Part shown: positions 42,205 to 54,400 of the stretch, piece by piece
Numbering within the stretch: position 1 is the first letter of the stretch
Layout of the letters: every line of letters starts with the position of its first letter
Origin: Monocercomonoides exilis PA203
Taxonomy: Eukaryota; Protista; Preaxostyla
Direction of reading: 5' to 3'
Assembly: GCA_001643675.2 (NCBI GenBank)
Contig: LSRY02000070.1
Span: forward strand, 1 to 64,000
Length of the DNA stretch: 64,000 nt
Translations under genes and position numbers: made by a program
The notes under the pieces: model-generated
Databases searched by the model: none
The model's input: the letters and a program-made list of their open reading frames with translations, nothing else
Told to the model about the DNA's origin: nothing

Positions 42205-44248
42205 GTGTGATTTATAAACCCGAACTTTTTTTAAAAACTCGGACTTTTTTTTTAAAAAAATAAGTTTAATCAACCCACTTTTCTTATTTTATTAGTTGTT
42301 TTTTGTATATAATGAAAATCCAGCAGTTTGAAATGAAGATTCTTATACTATACCTAATAACTGATGGGGGGAGATGGAGGGGTTTGCTCCTCCATCTCTG
42401 ATTGGTTCCTCCCCTGAGGAGATTAGGCAATAGCAATGGGGCTAATCAAGTTAGAATTTAATCGAAAATATTTTTTTGATTTTTTTTTATTCATTTCAAA
42501 AAAATATTTTTGAAAAAATTAAAAAAAGATCATTTCCAGAATATTTTTTTCAATGAGTGTTGTGAAAACCAAAAGAGAACGTGGACAGTTAATTCTTCGA
42601 GAAAAAATGATGTCATTTGAATATCGAAGAATTGAAAATTGATTGGAACGCATGGCACGTATTGTTGTTGATGGACATGTCAGAATCGTTGATGCAATAA
42701 ACACCAAAGAGTTCTCTCGTTCAGCAATAATTAGATAAGTTTCATCAATTGAAAGCAGCAGAGCTGTTGCAAAGCCTGGCAGACCAGAACTATTCAATGA
42801 AGAGGACAAAAACATTATTGTTGGAGTTATTAAAATCGAAAGCTTATCCGGAACAAGTTTAAATGCAAAAAGAACAAGAGAATTAGTTTGATTTCACATT
42901 TATTAATCTTTCGTTTTTAATAACATTTATTTTTCAGATGGAATCCGTCCTTTCCGACAATAAAAGACGATCAGAAACTGATGTTGATGAAAACACCAGT
43001 GTGTCCAAATCATATCCATATCTATTTGCAAAAAGGAATTCTGAGCTCAAAGCGTCCATGCCCAGAAATGTGGATATCCAACGTCTTTCAGTATCCAACG
43101 AACAAGCTGTTTTTCTTTTCTTTGAGCTTCTGCAATATCTTCATAATTCACATCATTATTCACCTTCTTTGATCTTTATCACTGATGAATCTTCACTCCG
43201 CTTATCGGATTCCTTCAAAACTCTTGTGATTCACCCCACAGGAGTTCCAGCTGGATTTCATGCAACACACACAAACATGCCAAATGCCAGTTTGGTTGTC
43301 GCAGCTGCTGCAGATGGATATTCTCTCAAAAGCGTTGTGTTGTGGCATGCCACAAATTACCAAAGGAAATGCGAGTTCTTCTGAGCGCATTCATTGATGT
43401 TTGGGATAATAACGATGGATGAATGACGGAAAGCTTATTTCAAAGATACGCAGAAGAGGTTTTATGAACTGGAATCATCGAAAGAAGGAAAATATTAATG
43501 AGAACCAATGACAGATGTCTTCTGCTTTTGGATTCTCACTCTTCTCGGGCTCAGCCTGACATATGGCGGAAATTTGCTGATAACAACATTGACGTCGTCA
43601 CTTTTATTCCACACAGTACACACATCACACAACCTCTTGATCGTGGTGTGTTTGTAGTCTTCCAGATATGCATCAACTCTCTGTACTCTGTGCCTCCAGA
43701 TTCTTCCATTTCTCTTCGACGTGAGGAAATCTCCAACGTTCTTCCACAAGCTCTTCAGACAGCATTACTTCCTGCAACTGTTGTTTCTTCGTTCAAGAAA
43801 AGCGGCATGCTTTCAAACGAGTGGCATTTTGAACTATCAACACTTCCAAAGGAACCTTCAGTGACACTGAAAAAGAGAACACATAGGTTTTATTTTTTTG
43901 GAAAAATTATTTCTGAACAAAAATTTCTTGAAGAATGGAAAAAAGAAAAGGAAATGAAAGAAGATATGAAAAGAAAAGAAATGAAAAAAGAAAACGAAGA
44001 AAAAATTCTTTTCGCAGCTGAAAAGCCCAAATAAAAGAAAATTTCGCAAATCAGACATTTTGAATGATGATGTTTTGGACGATGAATCAAATCAAAAAAA
44101 TTCCAGAAAAATTATGAAGAGAGAACTCGTTAATTATATATATTATTAATCATTTCAATTTTTGATATCAAAAAATGATAGCTTGAAAAAAAAATTTTTT
44201 TTTATTTCAAACCAAAATAAAATAAAAGTTCGGGTTTATAAATCACAC
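42205..44248 (+). mobile_element. pogo/Fot1-like DNA transposon, copy 2 (2044 bp)
   Basis: Perfect 25-bp TIRs GTGTGATTTATAAACCCGAACTTTT (42205-42229 / 44224-44248); TA on the right flank, TT on the left. Confidence 0.93.
42553..44034 (+). pseudogene. pogo-like DD35D transposase pseudogene, copy 2, with a 52-nt intron (42886-42937)
   Basis: Same motifs as copy 1; GTTTGATT...TTTTCAG phase-0 intron; stops at 42640, ~42736, 43420 and ~43465; 1-nt deletion near 43346. Confidence 0.9.
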
Positions 44249-45166
44249 TATTTCAATATCAGTCAAAAATTTTTCGATAAATTTCATCAGTTTTGAGGCC
44301 GTTTAAACAAAAAACATAGAATGATTTCAATTATTTATTGTTCAACAATTGAGTATTACAATAAATATTCAATTGGTCGAAATTTTTTTTTTTAAAATAG
44401 TTTCTTTTGTTTTATTTTAAGGTTAAAAGGAAAAATAAATATTCACTTCAAATATTCATTCCAACACACAAAATATCACCAGCATAAAAATAGTGTCATT
44501 GTCAAGCATTTATTACCATTCTTATGATATTTGGCGAGTTGGAATGAAATTATGAAGATAATATTTAATTTTTATTTTTTCCAAAGAAAAATAATAAATG
44601 GAACCTTGTAATAAAAAATAAGACGAAAAATGAAAAGAGCAATAACTATTCAGCTTCATAAATATATCCTGGTTTTTTGAAAAAAAAACTAATTTTTGCA
44701 TTAATAACACTTTATTATGAACATCAATTGAACTTGAAAATGGTTCAACTTTGGATTATTTGGTTTGTGGATAAGTTGATTTTTATATTTTTTGCTGAGC
44801 CATTCATATTTATGGTTTTTAATAATAACTTTTTTTATAAATATACATATATTTGTAACAATTTTTTTTTTTTGTTTTGTTGAATTTTGATGTTGTTTGA
44901 AAAAAAAAATCTTTAAATGAATATTCGATTGTTTTCAATTTTGTGAAACGTTGAAAAAAGAAAAATAAAACATTTGAGTTACAAAAAATGAAATTCATTT
45001 TCTCGAACATTTTCATCAAAAATTGATAATTTTTCAGACAATCCAATAAAAATTATCAATCAAAAAAAGCTCCAAACAGGAGTTTGTTTATCAAGGTAAT
45101 GATACAAAAAGAAAAAATGAAAAGAATTGAAATATCGAGTCGTAGTGCATAAGGGATTTCATTTTC

Positions 45167-46629
45167 TTAAGGATTTACAAAATAATCAGAAATATTCAAT
45201 GACAATCTATAATAATATTTTCTGTTAAGAAAATCAAAAATTTCATGAAAACTCATGATAACATCTTCGAATCCTTCTTCTTCCATCTTTTCAAATATTT
45301 TTCTTTTCAATTCTTTTCTTTCCTCCTCTGTAGTTTTCACTTCTCCCTTTTCTTTCAACCGCAATGAAATCAATTGAAAAAAATTAATAAATACATATGT
45401 CATTCTTTCATTAGATGTTGGCCGCTGAATCTCCTCCAAAGCAGCATCAATGGCACCACTTTTCAACAAGACATCAAGTTTCACAGCTCTATTTTTCGCA
45501 ACTGCAATAAATAATCGAACGCATTCCTCATCTATTTCACTGTGATTATCTCTTGATGTTCGAAGCACATCAACAAAGCAGCTGATAAGCTCAACATATT
45601 CTTTATTCCACAAATGACATGATTTTAAGTAATAACGAATTGAGCGGATCCATCTCGAAATAATATCCATTGCTTTCCTTTCTGTTTCTCCCATCTCTTC
45701 TTCTTTCTTCTTCCAATCCACACTCTTCAACAACTCTTCCACTTCTCTGTTTGCCTCTCTTATAAAATGCAGCTTTCTCTCAATAAAGATTTCAGATAAG
45801 CAACCCTTGAAAAATCTGTGCACAAAAAATTGCAAAGCAGACTGATAAGCAAGTCGCGTTAGGTTGTGATGTTCCTGATGATACTGAATAATTTCTTTGA
45901 TTTCATTTTCGTAAAGTTCTTTTTCTATTTCCTTTTAAAAAATATGAAAAAATGTCAATAACTTCAAAAATGAAAAAGAAGTGCTCATACATAACGTTCA
46001 TCAATGCGACTCAATGCCAATAAAGCCATTTCCACTTCTTTTTGAGCTTCCTCGTTTTCCTCTTTCTTCAACGCAGCTTTCAGCAGACATGGCACGCAAA
46101 CAGAAGCACAATCTTCTGAAACAAGATCATAAGAGAGAAGTAGATAGCATTCACAAAGTTCAGTAAGAAGATTTTCGTTTCTTTTTTCTTTTTTCTTCTC
46201 TTCATCGTCAATCATCTTCTCAAACCTTTCGTTTAATGAAGAAAAGAAAAAACCGTAGTTTTTTATGTTTAATAGCGCGTTGCGATATCCCATGTGCTTC
46301 AACAGCAAGATTGCATTTCCCATCTTCAGTTTATCTTCTTCAATCATTTGATCGATTTTATTGAACATGTCTATTGTGAATGTTGAATAAAGTTCCTCTT
46401 TATCCATTTCATCAATCAATCTGTTCATTTCTTCAATTTTCTCTTTTTGTTCCGAAACGCTGCAGCTTTTCAATTCCTCAAACAGCTCTAAAGAAACAAA
46501 TTTCCCCCAAATGATAAAAGCCAGTGAGCCTTTGAAAAAACCGTGAAAAATGAACAAACTTGAAAACTTTTCCTTTGGGGCCATCTCTCGATTTCTGTCT
46601 TCGGTTCTACCAGCAACGAATTCTTTCAT
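45167..46629 (-). CDS. Paralog of the two-intron helical-family gene (37663-39115)
   Basis: ORFs 45985-46629 and 45167-45835 joined by intron GTATGAGC...TTAAAAG (~45990-45933). First intron GTTTGTTC...CTTTAG (~46559-46488) lies at the same position as in the paralog. C-terminus LSLNISDYFVN conserved. Confidence 0.8.
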
Positions 46630-47894
46630 TCTGTTTATTTAAAGTGCATTCCATTCGCAACGAATATACCCAATAATTAAGCAAAATCAAATAAATATCA
46701 AACATCGTTCACGATCCAACAAATCGAGAAGGTTATTGTATCTATCCAAATTGTTTTGCTTTATAAAAAAAGATTTGGAAACGATTTCTATGAAAGCAGC
46801 CTGATATGGCTGAGCGAGGCAAGAAATGGCAGTTTTTTGTTTCTTGCTGATCAAACCAACAAATATTCATCAAAAGCAAATGGAGAATTGCCATTCGATT
46901 CATGATGCTCCATGAAATTGGTTTCTTCCACCTTTGGAACAGAATTTATTCACGATATGGAAATGGAACTTGTTGGGAGAAGGCAGCTGCAAACAAGCAA
47001 AAGGATTGAGAAGAAGAGTTTCATGACTTTTTTGAGTTCCTGATTGTTTTGTCGAAAGCCAAAGAACAGCCAATGTTTGCATTCTCGAAGGGCCTCGTTG
47101 GTTGTATTATTTTGCAGTTTCTGATTTCATTGAAAAGGATTGAAGTGATTGCTGAAGACAAAAGAAGCGAAAAGTTCCAAAATCGAAATGGATAAAACAA
47201 GCAAAAAATCATTTCCAATTCTTCACAAAAAAAAAACAAAACGAATGGCAGAAGAACAAGGTTGGATGGTTCAATTGCAACAGCATCATGGGTCATCAAA
47301 AAATGGATTATTTGAAAAAAATCTATCAAAATTGGTTTCACTGGCCAAGCAGCCTGGCTTTGCGCTTGATAAGAATTCGGTGATGCGTTTTGCTCATCCT
47401 TTTCTATTCGAATGATTGAGCATTATTGGTTGCAAAATACATTTGCTTTCGGATGAAAAGAGATTGGAAAAGGAATTATTTGGAGACGACTCTGTTACCA
47501 AGGAGCAATGAAAAAAATGCATAAGTAGTTATTCATCTTCTTCAGAGACCAAAAGCATTGGCGTTATGTATATGGAAGGAATTGGCCGACATTTCAGCTT
47601 CTGCTCCATCAGAATGAAGATGAATGGCAAACACTTCTGTTTTCTCAAGGAAGATGATCTTGCGAAAATGAGGCATTCATCAGGCTCTTCAGAAACTCTT
47701 CCGTTTTGCTTCAGCAATATCAGCGTGATGCAAGAGCATTGAAGAATGAAAGGACCTCTTTTCGAATGTCTCAATTATTTATCATTTTTGTATCAACATC
47801 ATTTTCAGATGAAAAGTTTCCTTCTTTTCTGCATTTGAGCTGCTTCGTGATGAACACCTTGCAAACATCGAAAACAACAACATACAAAAATTCT

Positions 47895-48042
47895 TCATCG
47901 TCTTCTTTTTCTTATTCCTCCACTTTCTCCACCATCACCACCACCACCTTCTCCTCCTCTTCCTCTTCCTCTTCCTCCTCCTCCTCCTCCTCCTCTTCTT
48001 CTTCTTCTTCTTCTCCTTCTTCTTCTTCTTCCTTTTCTTCCA

Positions 48043-48073
<31 letters not shown>

Positions 48074-48720
48074 TTCTTCTTCTTCTTCTTTTTTTTCTTC
48101 TTCTTCTTCTTCCTCCTCCTCCTCCTCCTCCTCCTCTTCTTCTTCTTCTTCTTCTTCTTCTTCTTCCTCTTCTCTTTCTTCTTCCTCTTCCTTCCCATCT
48201 TCCCTTATTCCCTCTTCAAATGAAAATCTTTCTTCTTCTTCTTCTTCTTCTTCTTCTTCTTCTTCTTCTTCTTTGTCTTCTTCATTAGCAGATTCTTCTT
48301 CACAGCCATCAAATTCATCTATTTCAATCCCATTTTTTTCTCCTCCTCCTCCTCCTCCTTCTTCTTCTTCTTATTCTGATTCTGATTCTGATTCTTCCTC
48401 CTCTTCTTCTTCTTCTTTATCATCTTCTAATTTACATGCATCTTTTTCTTCTTCTGAATCTTCTTCTTCTTCTGATTCTTCTGGTTCTTCCTCCTCCTCC
48501 TCTTCTTCTTCTTATTCTCCTTCTTATTCTTCTTCTTTGGATTTTTCTCCTTCTCCTTCTTCTTCTCTTTTCTTCTTCTTCTTCTTCTTCTAATTCTTAT
48601 TCTAATTCTTCTAATTCTTCTAATTCTTCTAATTCTTCTTCTTCCTCCTCCTCCTCTTCTTCTTCTTCTTCTTCTTCTTCCTTTTCATCTTATTCCTCTC
48701 CTTCTTTCTATTCTTTTTCT
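47895..48720. repeat. Low-complexity (TTC/TCC)n tract
   Basis: Direct reading; produces poly-Ser and poly-Lys/Glu ORFs. Confidence 0.9.
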
Positions 48721-49084
48721 TTGCAATTTGGTTTCTTTTTATCTGTCTTCATCTTCCAATGAATTCCAAAATAAGCTTATTAGAACATTTTCATTCGGAG
48801 AAATGAAAATGCAAGATTCCATTTCTCCGACAGCTATATTCAACACATTTCACTCCTTGTTTAATAAATAGCATTAATTCTTCTTTTTCTTCTTTTTCTT
48901 CTTCAACATTGTTGTTGTTATCTTCATATTCAATTTCTTCTTCTTCAAATGCTTATCATCACCTTCTTTATCGCCTTCTTCTTTTCCTTCTTCCTCTGAT
49001 GACAACGAATCACTGATCGCATCAAACATCATCATCATCATCACGTCACTCACTCCAAACGTCTCGAATTAAGCTTATTCTTCA

Positions 49085-49620
49085 GATGTGCCAGTTTCAA
49101 TCAACATTCATCCTCACTCAACATGCAGTTCATTCAAGATCTCTTTCAACGTCTGCTCTTTTGCCGTCTCCTTCTCTTGTCTCTCCGTTCACACTCCTCT
49201 TCCATCCAGCCGCCTCTGCCTCGTCCTCTCCAAAAGGGATCTTCAGTTTCAGTCACTTCCACAGCACCATCCCAATTGAGAATGGAGCTGATTCTTTTGC
49301 TGCTTCCTTGTTCTTGTTCATCCGCTGTTCTGATTGTCTTCATCCTCAAAGGCCGATGGAGGAAGAGGTGATTTTGCGAACATCTTGCTCTTCACAGAAA
49401 TATTGGAGGAAGATTCAATCAGCTGTGGAAGTCAAAGAGAAGAAAGAAGCATCTGAATCATCTGATGAGCAGTCAGAAGAAAAGGGAATGATAACAAACC
49501 ATATGCAAAGAGAATTCATAAGATTTGGGGAATCAGATTCCTCAAAAGAGGGGGAAGGCTGTCTTCCTCATCCTCAAAGGCATGAAGAGCCTCATTTACC
49601 ACACGGAACATGGTCTGGAT
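49085..49620 (-). pseudogene. Degraded relic of the receptor family kinase-like tail
   Basis: Minus strand reads SDCSSDDSDAS and FSIGMVLWK*LKLKIPFGEDEAEAAG vs SDLLSDDSDSS and FSIGMMLWECLTLQIPFGDYEAEVAG in 24495-32234. Bounds approximate. Confidence 0.7.
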
Positions 49621-51477
49621 GGCTGTATGCTCTTCATTTGTTCGTTCTTTCAATCATCACAGAGCTGATGAAAAGGAGAATGTGCTATCTTTTCATTGAA
49701 AATAGACAAATCGGATTCAATTTATTTATGAATGGTTTGCATTCAAACAGAAGAACAGCTGAAGAGAGTTAGAAGGAAAGCAGAAGATGATAGAGATTCC
49801 AAAATGAAGAAAAGAATTAACAGAAAGAAAGAAAAGAAAAGATGAAAGGAAGGGATGCGAGGGAAATAGGATGTGGAAATGATGGAAAGGACAAGAATGG
49901 TTTTTTTATTTGGAGAAGGTGATTTGAAGTACATGAAACAAACACACAACACCAAAAGAGATGGACAGAATGAGAGAGGAATGAACATATATGACTGAAT
50001 TCTATTTCTTGTGGAAGGAAATACGAGGAGGATTAATTTGAAAGGGAATGAATTTTTGTGAGAAAAGACAGATGAAGATTTATTTGGAGAGAAAATGTTT
50101 GATCAAAGGGGGTTTTGGAGGAAGCAGCAGAAGATGCAAACAAACAGGAAAAGAGAATGAAGAAGACAGCGAAAAAGAGGCAACAAGTGAAAGAGAAAAT
50201 GAGAAAATGAGATGTTTAGGGAAAGAAGGTGGACAGAAGAGCAAGGGTGATGCACGAGAATAATGAATGAAAAAGGAGCAGGAGGAAGAAACAAGATGGA
50301 GTTGAATGAACAGAAGATGCCATTTCAGGAAGGATACGGATGTTGGAGCAGCTGATACGATTTGGCAGAAAGGCAAAGAAGAGGAAAGAAGGAAAGAGGA
50401 ATGAAGCCAAAGCGGGATCAGCAATGAGTAGGGATCTTTGTTTGTCGCGAGGAAGGCGGAGTGAGGAGCAGAGGAAAGGTCTGTTTCAACAGGAGAATCA
50501 TTTAGAATCCATCTTGTCTTCCCTTACTTCATCCGCCTCATTTCAGCTGTTTTCTTGTTGTTTTCTTTTTTTTTTTTTTTTCATTTCCTGAAGAAGCTGC
50601 TTTAGCAGCATCAAACTTGGTGAACGAGCTCCCTCTTTTAAATAAAAAAAAGGAATTGTTTTGTTTTTCATGTTTTTATTCTTGTTCATCTGCACACATT
50701 CCTGTGCCCCAAACAAAGTGAGCTGCAAAACAAAGCATCCAAAACCTTTCACTTTGATTGATGCGCAAGTCAAATAAATGAAAAATGAAAAAAAAATGTG
50801 AAAATATATCTAATTCAGCAGAAGTGGGACTTTACAGCTTTCCTGCTGAATGGAAGGTGCTTTCGCCTGAACATGTCAAAAGCGAAAAGCGAATTGAAAT
50901 TTGCGTATGTCGAAAATTAAAAGTTATGGAACATCAAAATAAAGATTCAAATTTTGAAAATTAAAAAAAAGATAAAGCCAAGTTATAACTTCAAAAATAA
51001 AATCATCATTGTAAAAGTCGAGTTTAACTGTCCATCAAAATGGACAAATCAAAATTCAATAAAAACGTCTAATAATCTTTCAACCATTTTAAATATCAAA
51101 AGCCTTTCTCTCTCCCCCAACCCTCTCCTCTATTATCAAGCTCTTCCCAAGGCTTTTCTGAAAATAGTGAATGGCAAATGAAAAGAATAGTGTACATATA
51201 CAAACATAAATACATATATACATATACATATGTATTTCCTTTCACCAAAAGCAACAATATAGCGAACGGCAAATTATGCAAAATGTAAAAAATGCAAAAT
51301 GCAAAGTGTATGTCAAATGATTACAAGTGCATAATCAATTGCGAAAATGAAAATATTAATAAAAATTTAAGAATAACTCTTCACCCTTCCTAACTTCTTT
51401 CCCTTTCTCTCTTTTTCTCTTCCATCTTTCTCTCCTTCCTCTTTCTCTCTTTCTTCCCTTTTCTAACACCATCTCTC

Positions 51478-54400
51478 TTACACATGGTTGCTCATCTCCT
51501 GTTCTTTTTCGTCATCCTCATCATCATCCGAATTGTACTTCGATCTTCTCTTTCTCACAACCACCACCACCACAATCACTATCACCACCACTGCAATCAC
51601 AAACACAATCGGCACCACAATCGCAACAACAATCACTCCTGTGTTTGTTTTTGGTTCGTCTTTCTTCCCTGGATCTGGCTGCGGCTGTGGCTCTGGTTCT
51701 GGTTCAGGCTCTGGTTCAGGTTCAGGTTCAGGCTCTGGATCTTTCTTTCCCTTCAGATACTTCTCATACACATCCTCTGGCTCAGCATTGATATTTCCTG
51801 TCCCAACAACCCACCCTGCATTCCCTTCATCGTAGTTCTTTGCAAACTCAAATGCTTTATCCTGCTTGCTGAAATCATCAAAATCTAATGAGAAAATGCA
51901 CAATGATGCTCTTGAATTCCCTTTTCCGCTGTTCGTCCCATCAATCTCCAGTTTGTTCTCTCCTGGAAGCTCAAGATTCCCAAGAGCTTTGTACATCTCA
52001 ATATATATCGCCCCAGACTTCCCATTTTCTGCCTTGCACTCCTTGAATGTGCATGCCTTTTTCCTTCCCATCTTCACCTTCGAATTCTCCTCTCCCAGCG
52101 ATATCTCCACCCCTGCTGTATTCCCACTCTTCGACTTCACCTCTTCCATCTTCAGCCCTTCAACAACAATAATCGTCCCTTTTGTCTCTTCTGTCGCTTC
52201 ATTCTTTTTGCTCGCTTTTCCCTCTCCTATTATTTGGTCACTGATGCTTATCGCTGCTCCCTCTTCCACTTCCACCTTCTTCACTTCCACATCCTCAATC
52301 ACAACTTCCTTTGCTCCTTCAACCAAAAATGGAATCACTTTGAACGAAACTGTTTTCGCTTCATCAACACATTTAACTCCATTCATCGTCAATGATCCTG
52401 CACTAACTTTCACAAGATGGATTCCAACAATTTCTTCACCAGCATTTGAATGCATCCCAAGTTTATCAGAAGGTGCTGGTCGAACAAACCTGCAGTTCAC
52501 AATGCTCAATTCTGCATCTGCACCTTCTGTAGCTATCAATGCAAATGGTCCAGGTGCTGCTGATTCATCATTCTTTGCTTGTTCTCCTTCGAGTGTCAGT
52601 GGGAAGTTGAATGCAAGACTCCTGAACTCAACTTTCTTCTTGCATATGAGTAAATTGCCTACTGTTTTAGCATCGCAATCGATCGTAACTTCCGATTCGC
52701 TTTCAACATCATTTGTCTTTTGAACGCCCACAATCGTAATTCCTGATGCTTTGTCAAACGTAAAAGTTTTAGCTGGGTATGCTTCATTCGTTTTGATGAT
52801 ATTGATCTTGAAGTTTTCTCCTCCAACACCCTCTCCAAGCAAATCGTATGCTGCCTTCAGATTAATCTTTGGATTTTCATAGCTCAATCCATCTTTGCTA
52901 TCATCTTTTGCTGTTGTACTCACATATACATTTATAATCGGATCAAAATACACTTTTGTGAAATCAACATCTTTGTCATCTGCTCCTTTTGCAACAACAT
53001 AGTTTTCATTCGTTTCTTTCTTGTAATCTGCTGCAAAACTGATCTTCATCGCTGCTGCTATCTCTCTGTGAATTCCAATTGGAACATCCAAATACAATCC
53101 CGTGTTTCTCTTTGCATCGCCTTCTCCTGCCGTGCACTCAGTGAATACCAAATTGCTTCCTGTTTCTGGCCAATCCAATTTATCAGCTGCAATGTTTTTC
53201 AAATTCAAATAGATAGCTCCTGATTTTCCTTTTGCACATGTGCATTTATGAAATGTTGTCGTATCCGAATTTGCAATTGTAAATTTGCCATCTGTTGCTA
53301 TGCTTTCAACATATAATGCACCACTAGTTGTATCGCTTGAAATACATTCTGTAAACGTGCATTGACCCAGAGAAATGAAAATTCTTTTTGAACTTGTGAT
53401 TTTCAGAACAGGATTTGTGGTAGAGGTAATCTTCTTTAAATTCAACGATACCAATGTTACAAAATCTGCTTCATTTATCAAAAATGGTGTTACCGTAAAT
53501 ATTGCAGTATTCGTTTCATCAGTGCACTCGACTCCAATCATAATCAATGATCCTGCACTCACTTTCACAAGATGGATTCCAACTGTGTCTTCACCAGCAT
53601 TTGAAAGCATCTCAGCTGGAGGAGTGGCTGGTGTTGGTCGAACAAATCTGCAGTTCATGATGCTCAATTCTGCATCTTCACCTTCTGTAACTATCAATGC
53701 AAATGGTCCAGGTGCTGCTGGGCCATCATTCTTTGCTTGTTTATTTTCCAGTGTTGTTGGGAAATTGAATGCAAGACTCCTGAACTCAACTTTCTTCTTG
53801 CATGTGAGTAAATTGCCTTCTGCTTTAGCATCGCAATCGATCTCAACTTTTTCATTTGCATCCGCTGAATTTGAAATTCCTTCAATCGTTATTCCCGATG
53901 CTTTGTTAAATTCATTTGGTTCCACTGTAAGAGCATTTTCTGATCTGATGATTTTAATGGCAAATACTTGGCTGCTCGTTTCTGCAAGCAAATCATACGC
54001 TCCTTTCAAACTGCCAATCGGAGCTTCCTTTTTCACTCCTTCTCCTGTCCCTCCACTCTTCACGAATACTGTCGTTGGCTGATCAAAATATTTTATTGTG
54101 AAGTCAACATCTTTGTCGTCACTTTCTCCTTTTGCAGCAACAAACCATCGATTATTTTCGAGTGTGTAATCTGCCGCAAAACTTTTCTTCATAGCTGCTG
54201 CTATCTCCCTATGAAGGCTCACTTGAACATCCAAATACAACCCAGTATTCTTGACTGAATTGCCTTCTCCTGCTGTGCATCCAGAAAATACCAAATTTTC
54301 CTTTGCTGTTGGCCATTTCAATTCGGAAGCATCCGTAATTCCTTTCAAATTCAAATAGATTCCACCTGATTTCCCATTTGCACACGTGCATTTAGTAAAT

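Noticed and set aside
47706-48762. Poly-Ser, poly-Lys and poly-Leu ORFs
   Set aside because: Stop-poor TTC/TCC low-complexity DNA; the region may include a decayed acidic gene on the minus strand, but I cannot support a model.
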